Shown piece by piece: positions 50,293 to 62,523 of a stretch of 64,000 nt of DNA. Each line of letters opens with the position of its first letter. Position 1 is the first letter of the stretch. A program made the translations under genes and the position numbers. This stretch comes from Octopus sinensis (taxonomy: Eukaryota). The stretch is from the NCBI RefSeq assembly GCF_006345805.1, contig NC_043024.1, positions 7,874,001-7,938,000 of the forward strand, written 5' to 3'. Under the pieces are notes generated by a model that saw nothing but the letters and a program-made list of their open reading frames with translations, did no database searches and was not told where the DNA came from.

Positions 50293-51007
50293 TCATCATC
50301 ATCATCATCATCATCATCATCGTTTAACGTCCGCTTTCCATGCTAGCATGGGTTGGACGATTTTGACTGAGGCTGGTGAACCAGATGGCTGCACCAGGCT
50401 CCAGTCTAATCTGGCAGAGTTTCTACAGCTGGATGCCCTTCCTAACACCAACCACTCCGAGAGTGTAGTGGGTGCTTTTTACGTGCCACCGGCACGGGGG
50501 CCAGCCAGGTGGTACTGGCAACGACCTCACTCGAATGCTTTTACATATGCCACCAGCACAGGTGTCAGTAAGGTGACGTTGGTAACGATCGCGCTCGAAT
50601 GGTGCCCTTTTATGTGCCACTGGCACGGAAGCCAGCAGGCTGCTCTGGCAACGATCACACTCGGATAGTGCTCTTGGCACCCTACTAACACAGGCACAAG
50701 TGCCAGTAAGGCAATACTGGTAACGATCATACTCGAATGGTGCCCTTTAAGTGCCACTGGCATGGAAGCCGGTTAGCTGCTCTGTCATTGACCATGCTCG
50801 TATGGTACTCTTTGCACCCTGCCAGCACAGATGCCAGTCATCGAATTTGATTTTGATTTTGCTTTGATTGATTTGATTTCACTTGCCTCAACAGGTCTTT
50901 GCAAGCAGAGTTTTAGTGACCAAAGAAGGAAAAGGTTACGCATAAGTGGGCTGGTTATGCCCCTGGCATAGGCCATGAGATTATGGTTTCATTTGGCTTG
51001 CTGGGTC

Positions 51008-51010
<3 letters not shown>
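50293..51010 (-). mobile_element. RTE LINE 3' UTR
   Basis: (CAT)n then CGTTTAACGTCCGCTTTCCATGCTAGCATGGG. Confidence 0.85.
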
Positions 51011-51042
<32 letters not shown>

Positions 51043-51070
51043 AGTAGTAGAATGAATTATCTTGTTATGG

Positions 51071-51103
<33 letters not shown>

Positions 51104-51659
51104 TATATATATGTTCCAGTAATAATGTTGTTATGAATGAAAGTTACAGCTACTGATGTGTAACATGAAAAACATGAAACTCTATGGGATCGGTCAGTGT
51201 CAAGAGTTTATGACATCAGGGTTTGTTTTGATTCTTGAGATACCAGTGGCCACTAAGATATCATAGAAGATTGAGCAGACAGTTCAAAAACACAGGATAT
51301 TGGTCAAATAAAGTAACTCCAGAAAGTTCTCCCAAGGCCATAGGACTAACAAAAAAAAAATGGAAAATACATTTGACTTTTATCACACAGGTGAACTAAA
51401 AAGTTGTTTTTTTTAAATGTTGAAAAAATACAAATTTTGAAAAATGTGCTTGGGCCGAGTGGTCACTCCACTGTTTCCCTATTTGCTGCACCGCTGGTTA
51501 AATTCTAACAATATCAGATATTCTGAGAAATAATTAAAGACATAACAAAGAAACAACACACAGTCCAACGGGATTCAAGCCAAGCATCTTTTACATCTAT
51601 TGCTTGTAGTACAAAGTGCCTACCTATAATATGGTTATTTAGTAACCATATCAGTGGGT

Positions 51660-52290
51660 GTGGAGGTGCAATGGCCCAGTGGTTAGGGCAGCGGACTCGC
51701 GGTTATAGGATCGCGGTTTCGATTCCCAGACCGGGCATTGTGAGTGTTTATTGAGCGAAAACACCTAAAGCTCTACGAGGCTCCGGCAGGGATGGTGGCG
51801 AACCCTGCTGTATTCTTTCACCATGACTTTCTGTAGTACAAAGTGCCTACCTATAATATGGTTATTTAGTAACCATATCAGTGGGTGTGGAGGCGCAATG
51901 GCCCAGTGGTTAGGGCAGCGGACTCACGGTCATAGGATTGCAGTTTCGATTCCCAGACCGGGCATTGTGAGTGTTTATTGAGCAAAAACACCTGAAGCTC
52001 TATGAGGCTCCAGCAGGGGATGTGGTGTGGTGAACCCTGCTGTATTCTTTCACCACAACTCCCTCTCACTCATTCTTCCTGTTTCTGTTGTACCAGTATT
52101 TCTGTTGTACCAGTATTTCAAAGGGCCAGCCTTGTCACACTCTGTGTCACGCTGAATATCCCCGAGAACTACGTTAAGGGTACACGTGTCTGTGGAGTGC
52201 TCTGCCACTTGCACGTTAATATCATGAGTAGGCTGTTCCATTGAACGGATCAACTGGAACCCTCATCGTCGTAACCGACGGAGTGCCATC
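51660..52290 (+). mobile_element. tRNA-derived SINE family C (tail type 2) with duplicated 5' part
   Basis: Same head; 12-bp TSD ATATCAGTGGGT at 51648, 51875 and 52293. Confidence 0.85.
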
Positions 52291-52529
52291 TAATATCAGT
52301 GGGTTTGTTGCTAGTTTTTATCTCAAATTGGCAGTGTGTATAATAATGCTGAAAGCTGGTGAACTAGTAGATTCATTGGCACATTGCACAGAATGTTTAA
52401 CAGCTGGAAGACTGGCTCTTTATATTCTGAGTTCAGTGGGATTGAACCAAGAACCGCAGGGTTGGGAAGCAAACTTCTTACCACACAGCCATACCTGTGC
52501 CCACACACACACACTGAGTGCATCACGTA

Positions 52530-53164
52530 TTTGAGAACAAATAGCCGCTCTCTGGCTATCTATCTGCGGCTTTATATAGCTATGGTAAGACCTCACCTGG
52601 AATTTACATCACCGGTCTGGAACCCTTATCTTGCCCAGGATATCAATCGTCTGGAAACCGTTCAGCGACGTGCAACCAAAAGAATACCCTCCATCAGGCA
52701 TTTGCCATATTCTGAACGCCTTATTTCCCCGGCCATGGATACATTGAAACTCCAACATCTGGCAGCTGACTTTGCAGACACCCATAAAGTTATTAACCAT
52801 CTTTCAAACAATAACTCTTAGCACCTTTTCAAACTCCACCCGTCTAACACCCATGGACATGTTTTACAAAGTCAGAAAACAGCACAGCTCCCATGACTTT
52901 CGGAAACATTTTTTCACGCTAAGAGTTGCTGAAGTATGGAACAAACTGCCAGCATCAGTTGTTAGTTGTCGGAGCACTGCATCCTTCAAAACTTCCATGC
53001 TTCCTGAGATTCGCCAACACTACACCTGATTTTCTCCCCTCCATACACATGCAAGCACGTATCTGACTCATACATTGTTCGCTTTCCAGACTTTATATGC
53101 ACTTTCTGACAAGTTGTGGTGCACCTGAGCACTGTATACAATAATTTCATTATTATTATTATTA
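52530..53164 (+). mobile_element. CR1-type LINE 3' fragment
   Basis: VRPHLEF.SPVWNPY...LETVQRRATK...YSERL; FFTLRVAEVWNKLP; (ATT)n tail. Confidence 0.85.
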
Positions 53165-53189
53165 TAAAATTTTAATTTCAAGAAAAAAA

Positions 53190-53960
53190 AATTTAATTGC
53201 CTCTAGGTCCTGGTTACATTCCAGGCCAGTGTCTGCAATCAAGTTATCAATATAAGTGTAATGATGTTTTCCTCTTTTTACATAACCATAAAGTGGGTCC
53301 CACAAGACTAATTAGATGCTTCCATTTCAGGGTGGTGCACGCAGTAACCACTTAGTTACAGCCATCTTTACTTGATCTTCTTGCTAACTTTTGGCAGGTC
53401 TCCATAAAGGCATTCGTTTGTCATATGTTGCTGCCATTTCACATTTAGGGCCATTCGTAGCATCCACTTAACCTATTTGATAATTTCTTTTTCAATGTCC
53501 ATGCTTCACTGGCATATATATTTCTTTACTACCCACAAGGGGCTAAACACAGAGGGGACAAACAAGGACAGACAAACGGATTAAGTCGATTATATTGACT
53601 CCAGTGCATAACTGGTACTTAATTTATCGACCCCAAAAGGATGAAAGGCAAAGTCGACCTCGGCGGAATTTGAACTCAGAACGTAACGGCAGACGAAATA
53701 CAGCTACGCATTTCGCCCAGCGTGCTAACGTTTCTGCCAGCTCACCGCCTTCACTGCCATATAACAGCACCGATTCAACAGTTACAATAAACAACTTGAT
53801 TTTGATTTGCCCAGGAAATTTGGAGTTCCAGATTGATTTTCTTTACTTTGTGACAAACTGTCCATGCTTGTGCCTTCCTGATCTTGATGTCTGCTTCCAA
53901 ACTGCTCACCTAGCCACCAAAGAACTTGAAGTCTTCAGCAACATTCAATTTGGAACCACT
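53190..53960 (-). mobile_element. Old RTE-type LINE fragment split by a SINE
   Basis: Minus-strand MLRMALNVKWQQHMTNECLYGDLPKVS with stops. Confidence 0.6.
53519..53750 (-). mobile_element. SINE family B with a Meta-domain-like core
   Basis: Core GGTCGACTTTGCCTTTCATCCTTT.GGGGTCGATAAA.TAAGTACCAG; copies near 25130-25300, 31200-31360, 36640-36830, 38925-39125, 40918-41149. Confidence 0.8.
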
Positions 53961-53983
53961 CAAAGCAAACAGTTCAGTATGTA

Positions 53984-54548
53984 TTGGGTTGTCTGGAAAG
54001 TTTGTGCTGATTTATACTAGCTTACCTTTCGACTTCTATTAGAACATGGTTGAATCCGTAAAATAGGATTTGACTACACCTCCATATAGAGCACAGTTTA
54101 AGCTATCTTTTCGTGGAAGAAGGTTTATGTTCCTATAACTGGTGTTAATTCTGTAACCCTTTAAAATGGAAGACAAGAAAGTTCATTTTCGGCACTTGAT
54201 GCTTTGGGAACCAAACAAAAATTGCTGCAGTTCGGCTGGGATGTGTTACCCCACTCTCCATATTCACCAGATATTGCTCCTTTGGATTTCCACTTATTCA
54301 AGTCTCTGCAGAATAGTCTTAATGGTAAAAATTTCAATTCCTTGGATGACGTAAAAAGATACCTTGATTAATTCTTGCCATGAAACCACCTCAATTCTGG
54401 GAAGAGGGTATTTTCAAGTTAAAGGAAAGATGGAGACGCATTGTGCAACAAAATGGTTCATATTTGGTTGAGTAAGAATGTAATGGCAAGTATTTATTGA
54501 CCTTTTTCTTTCCTTTAAAAATTGCCACGAGCTTTCCGGACAACCCAA
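53984..54548 (+). mobile_element. Internally deleted mariner with both TIRs
   Basis: TA|TTGGGTTGTCTGGAAAG ... CTTTCCGGACAACCCAA|TA; WDVLPHSPYSPDIAPLDFHLF. Confidence 0.9.
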
Positions 54549-54643
54549 TATATATGTCTATGTGTTTCTTTGTATTTGTGTTTGTCCCCTTTCCCTTATC
54601 ATTTGACAAAGAGTGTTAGTTTGTTTACACCCCTATATCTTAA

Positions 54644-54864
54644 CCCTTTAGTGTTCACAGTATTCTGCCAAAATTAATCCTTTTTCATCCACATTGCCTT
54701 GAACTAATCATGCATTATCTTGTAGCTATGAGATTTTGATGAGGTAGCTCTTAATTTTTAAAATGATATTGTAGGGTTGGTGTGAGAGACCAGATCTGGC
54801 CAGTTTGAATGTAAAACAGGCAGAATACTTCTGGCCGGATATGGCTGGTTTAAATACTCAAGGG
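54644..54864 (+). mobile_element. piggyBac-type MITE family A inserted in a SINE
   Basis: TTAA|CCCTTTAGTGTT ... AAATACTCAAGGG|TTAA. Confidence 0.75.
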
Positions 54865-55034
54865 TTAATTATTTAGCAAAAGAGTAACAGAATAAGTACC
54901 AAACTTAAAAACAAGGGGCTGATTTGATTGGCTAAAACTCTTCAAGGTAGAACCTAAGGATGGCTGCTGTTCAATGACTACAACAAGGAAAAGAGAAACA
55001 ATGAAAGATATTCCAAGCGCTGTAATAGATATTG

Positions 55035-55860
55035 ATTTCAAATTTTGGTACAAGGCCAGCAATTTTAGGCAGGGGATAAGTCAATTACATTGACCCTACC
55101 CTGAAAGGATGAAAGGCAAAGTTGACCTCAGTGAAATTTGAACTCAGAACAAGAAGATGGATAAAATGTCAGTAAGCATTGACATGCTAACGATTCTTAT
55201 TTCTTTATTGCCCACAAGTGGCAAACATAGAGGGGACAAATGGATTAAGTCAATTACATTGGCCCCAGTGCATAACTGGTACTTAATTTATCTATCCTGA
55301 AAGGATGAAAGGCAAAGTCAACCTCGGCGGAATTTGAACTCAGAACGTAACGGTAAATGAAATATCGTTAAGCATTTCGCCCAGCGTGCAAACAATTCTT
55401 ATTTTTTTATTGCTCACAAGGGGCTAAACACAGAGAGGACAAACAAGGACAGATAAAGGGATTTAGTCGATTACATCGATCTCCGTGCATAACTGGTACT
55501 TAATTTATCAACCCCAAAAGGATGAAAGGCAAAGTCGACCTCGGTGGAATTTGAACTCAGAATGTAACGGCAGATAAAATACTGCTAAGTATTTCGCCCA
55601 GCATGATAACAATTCTGCCAGCTCGCTGCATATATTAATTTTTAATAATGGTTTCAGATTTTGGCACAAACAAGGCCAGCAATTTTAGGGAAGTGGTTAG
55701 TTGATTACATCAACCCCAGTATTCAACTGGTACTTATTTTATCGAGTTCTAAATGATGAAAGGTAAAGTTGACCTCAGCAGAATTTTAACTCAGAACAGA
55801 GTGACAGACAAAATGATGCAAAGCATTTCACCTGGCGTACTAACGATTTTGCCAGCTTTC
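55035..55860 (-). mobile_element. Four co-oriented SINE family B copies in tandem
   Basis: GGATGAAAGGCAAAGT.GACCTC...GAACTCAGAA occurs four times. Confidence 0.85.
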
Positions 55861-56527
55861 TACCTTAAGCACTGTAATAGATATTGGAAAAAATTATTGA
55901 TTAGAAAAGCAATTCGTAAAGAGTAATTGTTCAAATTAATGAATCAGAACAAAACGTTTCTCAGAAAATGAAACAAAAAGCCTAACTAGCTTTTATCTTT
56001 TACTGTTTTCAGTCATTGGACTGCAGCCTTTTTGTAGCACCATCTTGAAGGATTGCTTCAAATGCATTGTTTAAAAATCTGATGCTTATTCTGTTGGTTT
56101 CTTTTATTGAATTGCTAAGTAATGGGAATGCAAACAAACCAATACTGGTTGTCAAGTGGTGATAATAATGAACTAGGGATAGGCACAGAAACACACACAC
56201 ACACACACGCGTGCACACACAAACATGCGCACGCACATACACACATATATACACACATACACATTTCAACTCAACTGGGTGAAATATGTTACAAACATAT
56301 TTTAACTAACCTAAATTTTGCTTATGCTTAAACACTGCTTAGCCCTAACATTTTGTTTTATATAGGGGTGGCTGTGTGGTAAATAGCTTGCCCACTGACC
56401 ACATGGTTCCAGGTTCAGTCCCACTGCATGGCACCTTGGGCAAGTGTCTTCTGCTATAGCCTCGGGCTAACCAAAGCCTTGTGAGTTGATTTGGTAGATG
56501 GAAACTGAAAGAAGCCATTTGTATAAA

Positions 56528-57732
56528 CAGGGGTTGGACAAAATAATGGAAACACCTTAAAATTTCAAACAAATTTATTTTAATATGGGGTGGGACCACC
56601 TTTGGTACTAATTACAGCTTGAATTGTACTAGGTATGGACTCGTAAAAAGTTTAAATTGTTTCCAAAGGAATTTTTGTCCATTCTTCAGCTAAAACAGTG
56701 ATGATGGTGGAGGATATTGACTCCTTACTTGTTTTTCTAAAATGCACCATAAATGTTCAATAATATTGAGATCTGGGGATTGCAGTGGCCAGATAAGATG
56801 TTCAACTTCGCTAGAATGTTCCTCGTGCCATTCAGTAACAACTTTATCTATGTGAGTTGGTGCATTATCATCCTGAAAGATTGTGTTTCCCTCTAGAAAC
56901 AGTTCTGCAACCACAGGATGAATTTGATCAGATAAAATGCTTAAATAGTCTTCACTATTAACTCTGCTATGAAGGGAAACCATTGGGCTGGCAGATTTCC
57001 AAGATATAGCCCCCAGCCCTGATCATCACAGATCCTCCTCCATGTTTAACAGTTGGAAGAAGGCAGTCTGGGTCAAATGCTTCTTTTGGCTATCACCACA
57101 CGTATACTCGGCCGGTGGTTAGAAATAAGGTAAAGGATGACTTGTCTGAGAAAATAAGATTCTTCCACTGCTTTAAAGACCAATTCTGGAGGTTTTTACT
57201 CCACTCTAAATGTTTTGCAATGTTTGTTTTTGAAAGTAGTGGTTTTCTGATTGCAGCCCTCCCGTGAAATCCGGCTTTGTGCAGCTCTCAGCGAACAGTT
57301 TTTGTGGAAACTGGGTTCTTGAGGTGGTCATTAAGCTCTGCAGTAATTTTGGGAGCTGTATTTTTGTGATCCTTTCTAACAAGAGTCCGACAGTCCCTAT
57401 CTGAAAAGTTTTGTTTTGTTTTGACGAGGAGGTTTTTCCCTTTTTCTCAAAGCCTGTCATTACTTTCGAGACAATACTTCTTGATACACCAAACATTTCA
57501 GCTGTTTTCATAATGCTAGCGCCTGCCATACAAGCACCAACAATTTGACCTCTTTGAAAGTCCGATAGAAATGTCAATTTAATGAATTTTAATTACCTTC
57601 TTCTGTTGACATCTGAAAAGAAACAGCAATTTTAGCAAAACATATTAAGCAACACTTTTGATGGTTTTATAGATATTTCAAAACTTATGATGCTATGATG
57701 CTAGGTGTTTCCATTATTTTGTCCAACTCCTG
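56528..57732 (-). mobile_element. Near full-length decayed Tc1 element inserted in a SINE
   Basis: ~29-bp TIR CAGGGTTGGACAAAATAATGGAAACACCT; ORF pieces LSDFQRGQIVG and FQDDNAPTH...WPLQSPDLNIIEHLW. Confidence 0.92.
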
Positions 57733-57924
57733 TATATATATGTGTGTGTGTGTGTTTGTGAATCTGTGTTTGTCCTCCTACCATCACTTGACAACCGATA
57801 TTGGTGTGTTTATGTCCCTGTAACTTAGGGGTTCAGCCTAAAAGACCAATACAATAAGTTCTAGACTTACAAAGAATGAGTCCTGTAGTTGATTTGTCCA
57901 ACTAACGGCAGTGCTCCAGCATGG

Positions 57925-57962
<38 letters not shown>

Positions 57963-58279
57963 CAGAGTTATTAGTGAGAGATTACCAATCCATGTAAATT
58001 ACTTTATAAGCTCTCCAGGTTAACAATATTCTTCAGATAAGTAAAGAACTCTGTGTATTCCTGTGGACAGGTCTATAGTGTATATCCATGGTTGTGCTCA
58101 AGTTCTACTGGTTTTTACACAGAGTAATATACAAGACAAGGCATAAATAATGATCATACCGTATTCTTCTTTATTGTAGTAAATTTTGATTTAGAGCTGT
58201 TTCTCTGTAGCCTTTATAGGTTTGTTATTGATAGGTTTACTCAATCAGTTCATTGATCAGTTGAGAAGAATTGAATGAG

Positions 58280-58695
58280 CTAGGGAGAGTTTACGAAAAA
58301 GGCAAAGACAGGTAGTGTAAAAAACAAACAGATGTATTTGTATAATGCTCAGGAATAGAAAAAGTTTTTTACGTTTTGAGCCTACGCTCTTCTTCAGAAA
58401 GAGACACAGGAAAAACAAGGAGAGAAAAAAATGTGTGTAGTGGCTAATGATCTATCATGGTGATATATATATATATATATACACACACATATATATATAA
58501 ATATATATATCTATATATCTATATATCTATATATATATAGGGAGAGTTTACAGAAAAAAACAAAAGACGAAGATAGGTGGTGTACAAAAGAAACAGATGT
58601 ATTAGTATAATGCTCAGGAATAGAAAAAGTCTTTTACGTTTCGAGCCTACGCTCTTCTACAGAAAGCGACACAGAAAAAACAAGGAGAGAGTATG

Positions 58696-58729
<34 letters not shown>

Positions 58730-58899
58730 ATATATATATGGCTGTGTGGTAAGTAGCTTGCTAACCAACCACATGGTTCTGGGTTCAGTCCCACTGCGTG
58801 GCATCTTGGGCAAGTGTCTTCTGCTATAGCCCCGGGCCGACCAATGCCTTGTGGGTGGATTTGGTAGACGGAAACTGAAAGAAGCCTGTCGTATATATG

Positions 58900-58932
<33 letters not shown>

Positions 58933-59305
58933 GTGTGTGTGTGTTTGTCCCCCTAGCATTGCTTGACAACCGATGCTGGTGTGTTTATGTCCCCGTCACT
59001 TAGTGGTTCGGCAAAAGAGACCGATAGAATAAGTACTGGGCTTACAAAAGAATAAGTCCCGGGGGCGAGTTGCTCGAATAAAGGCGGTGCTCCAGCATGG
59101 CTGCAGTCAAATGACTGAAACAAGTAAAAGAGTAAAGATATAGGGGGAGAGTTAACGAAAAAAAACAAAAGACGAAGACAGGTGGTGTACAAAACAAACA
59201 GATGTATTAGTATAATGCTCAGGAATAGAAAAAGTCTTTTACGTTTCGAGCCTATGCTCTTCTACAGAAAGGGACACAGAAAAAAACAAGGAGAGAAAAA
59301 AATGT
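58280..59305 (-). mobile_element. Three co-oriented Penelope-type terminal repeats with hammerhead cores
   Basis: Copies at about 58280-58460, 58538-58690 and 59143-59305, each CTG(A/T)AGA-A-GAGC-loop-GCTC-(G)AAACGTA. Confidence 0.7.
58740..59138 (+). mobile_element. SINE family A copy
   Basis: Near-identical to 47473-47890. Confidence 0.9.
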
Positions 59306-59985
59306 GCTATTTTTATTAGAATTATTTCTGGTTATGACCAAGCAAAGCACTGAAGGAATGGTACAAGCATGGCGGGGAGGGAAGCAAAGGGAGGCAATAA
59401 GAGTAAGTATAAGGTAAGTGGAAGAGAGATAAAGAGGAAAGGGGGAAGAGAAGTGGTAATTTGGAAGAGAAGGAGTAAAGGGAAAAGAAGGAAAGAAAGG
59501 AGGAGAGGAAGAAATAGGAAAAATAGAGGAAGGGAGGCATTCCATGGAAAAGGGGGAAGAGGACAAGAGAAATTAAGGAAGGAGCAGTCATAGAACCATT
59601 AATGTTTGTAATTTGGGTCATCAGTGATGACTCATCACACAGGAGGACATTTGAACTATCTACTGTCAGAGGCTATCCAGATATTGTGTTGAAATTTGAT
59701 ATATACTCTTTTACTTGTTTCAGTCATTTGACTGTGGCCATGCTGGAGCAACGGCTTTAGTCGGGCAAATCGACCCCCAGGACTTATTCTTTGTAAGCCT
59801 AGTATTTATTCTATCGGTCTCTTTTGCCAAACCACTAAGTTACGGGATGTAAACACACCAGCATTGGTTGTCAAGTGATGTTGGGGGGACAAACACAGAC
59901 ACACAAACATATACATCGAGTGTGTATCGTTGGCAATTTTTTTTTCCCCCCCGTCTTCCATTCCTTGGATCTTGCCTTTTCCTAT

Positions 59986-60020
59986 GTTTCTGACGAAGAG
60001 CTCCGCTTGAAACGTTAAAT
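59986..60020 (+). ncRNA. Minimal type I hammerhead ribozyme motif
   Basis: GTTT-CTGACGA-A-GAGC-TCC-GCTT-GAAACGT-T-AAAT. Confidence 0.6.
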
Positions 60021-60196
60021 CCTCCTTCTTTCTTTCCTTTCCTGAGCATCCAATAACACTATATTTGTTCCATGTCCTTGCGTTTTCTCTTTGTGTTTTC
60101 ATGTTTGGATTAACTTTATATGGAAATGAACTTGGAACCATGTGGTTGGTAAGCAAGCTACTTACCACACAGCCACTCCTGCACCTACTGTGTGAC

Positions 60197-60314
60197 GCTT
60201 ACAGCACCTAGGTTTCCCAAGCGTTCACCCAACTAAGTACTAACTAGGCTCGACATTGCTTAACTTTGGTGATCAGACGAGAACTGGTGCTTTCAACGTG
60301 GTATGGCCATAAGC
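60197..60314 (-). pseudogene. Full-length 5S rRNA pseudogene
   Basis: GCTTATGGCCATACCACGTTGAAAGCACCAGTTCTCGTCTGATCACC...AGTTAGTACTTAGTTGGGTGA...GGTGCTGTAAGC follows metazoan 5S over 118 nt; CpG decay; no oligo-T terminator. Confidence 0.88.
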
Positions 60315-60499
60315 ATGAGATTCCATGCAGTTTCCATCAACTGAATTCACTCACAAGGCATTGGTCCCCCTGGGGCTATAATAGAAGATACTTGCCCAAG
60401 GTACCTTGCAGTGGGATAAAATCACATTGTTGCAAAGCAAGCTTCTTAACCATACAGTTATGTTTGCATTTAATTTTTTTTTTCTAGTTTCAGCTCAGA

Positions 60500-60915
60500 G
60501 CTGCGGCCATGCTGATACACTGCCATTTTGTGCAGCACTGTTATTACTAAGAGCTCCCTCTAATATGTGGCACTTGATGAAGAATGGAGTTTGATATAGC
60601 TACCCTCATTTGCATCTCTACGGATATTATCCAACTAAGTTTTTCTTGGTCTACCCCAAGGTTTCTTACCAGTTAGCTCAGCTTGAAGAATCTGTCTTGC
60701 AATCCTTTCCTGTGACATTCTAATTACATGTCTGTAGTATCAGAGCTGTGACCTCCCAATGCAGAAAAGTAGAGGCTCAACCTGATCTCCAAGCTATGTA
60801 CACTGTTGCATAGCATTACTCCAAAGGTCCTTCAGGAACCCCATTTCAGCAACTTGTATTCTTGATTGTACTCTTTCAGTCAAGACCCGACATTCATGAC
60901 CATAGGTGAGGTTAA
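60500..60915 (-). mobile_element. Older RTE-type LINE C-terminal fragment
   Basis: Minus-strand LTYGHEC.VLTERVQSRIQVAEMGFL. Confidence 0.6.
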
Positions 60916-60917
60916 GC

Positions 60918-61225
60918 ATCATCATCATCATCATTTAATGTCTGTTTTTCATGCTAGCATGGGTTGGACGGTTTGACCGGAGTCTGGTAAGCCATGGAGG
61001 CTGCACCAGGCTCCAGTCTGATCTGGCAGTGTTTCTACAGCTGGATGCCTTTCCTAACGCCAACCTCTCCGTGAGCGTACTGGGTGTTTTTTACATGCCA
61101 CTGGCACAGGAGCCAGGGGAGGCTGGCAAATGGCCACGATCAGTTGGTGCTTTTACATGTCACCGACACGGACGCCAGTTAGGCAACACTAGTAACCGCT
61201 ACGCTCGAACGGTGCTTTTACACAT
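60918..61225 (-). mobile_element. RTE LINE 3' end
   Basis: Same tail and UTR as above. Confidence 0.8.
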
Positions 61226-61460
61226 GTAAACTAAATTGAAGGTGGTAATGACAAAAATGGTAGAATTTAAAAGGAATAAGGGCAATATTTCGTTTTGTGA
61301 TCCAGAAAGCAAAACTACTGAAGTTAGCAGAGATTATTGTTTACCAGAAAGTCAGGAAGGAAAATAAAAGAAGTTTTGTTTGAAATGAAATAAAAATTAT
61401 ACAAACTTAATATAACAACATTTCTCTTTTCATCTGTTTTGTAAAAATGCTTTTGATTGA

Positions 61461-61824
61461 TCTCAATATATATGAATGGCAAAATGTCTGCGTGTGTGTC
61501 CTTTATACAAATCCACAATTTTTCAGTTAGAGGGCTTGCACTTTCTATGGTCATTCAAAACTGTCCAAGGGTGGTCGTGCACATCTTTACATTTCCCCAG
61601 TCACCCCGCAAAGCCATTAAAAAATCAATAGAAGTGACTTTTTTGTGGATTTTCTATCCAAAACCCAATGAAAATGCCCGAAACTTGATACGCCAATTGA
61701 ATGCCAGCAAGCTGTATGTGATTGGTCGGAGATTTGGACAGTACTCGCATGTATGTGCACATACACGCAGCTGCATATGCATGCACTAGCACTATGACCT
61801 GGCGTTGCCGGGTCATAGTGCTAG
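61461..61824 (+). mobile_element. Non-autonomous Helitron family 2
   Basis: A|TCTC ... GTGCTAG|T. Confidence 0.8.
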
Positions 61825-62106
61825 TATTAATTGAAGAAAGAGTCAAGATTTTCCGTTAATTTCAATAGTATAAATATTTATTCCTTGATTCGCAATATAA
61901 ACAGTTCCTTCCTCTGGGCGAATCGGCAGCCTAGGAGCTTATCGGCAGTAGTCTAGTGGAGTGAGTCAATCCTGCCCATTCAAGCATAGCGGAGATGCAC
62001 CATGAGGTAGCAGCTCAAGAGAGCTGCTGAAGACATGTCTGTATCATTCAGATGCTAGTGTCAAAAGAGCCCAAGATGGTTGTTATCTAACACGAGATCA
62101 TTTCTA

Positions 62107-62523
62107 GGATCTTTGCGGTTTGAACAGCAGTTTTTAAAAATAATTTCTACGTAACTAAACACTTTTAAACTTCGTATACTGGTAGAATATGTTTATAAAA
62201 CATCTTTTTCTCTTGGCTTTATTGAGAAAATTCTATAGTTTGTAAGATATTTGTTGTTGTTTTTTTCTTCAATTTATGCAATTTCATCCAATCAATGACG
62301 TCTATTGAGGTGAAAACATTCTGTGCCGTATGAATATGTCCCTCGTTTAAGAAACAGATTGGGTTTATTTACATTTGTGAAGAAAAAAGATACTCATCCC
62401 CCACCCCTATCCCTAACCCTAAAACAGATTGAAATGCAATAGATCGATACTAGGGTCATAATTATGGGTGACAATTTCATATGACACCGCTAGAAAAAAT
62501 TGCCGTTCAAACTGAAAAGATCC
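62107..62523 (+). mobile_element. ~410-bp GGATCT-ended MITE
   Basis: Perfect 8-bp TSD CATTTCTA. Confidence 0.9.

Noticed and set aside
51660-51735. tRNA-like sequence
   Set aside because: SINE head continuing into SINE body, bounded by TSDs
60197-60314. Functional 5S rRNA gene
   Set aside because: Single copy, CpG-type mutations and an apparent deletion in the internal promoter, no terminator
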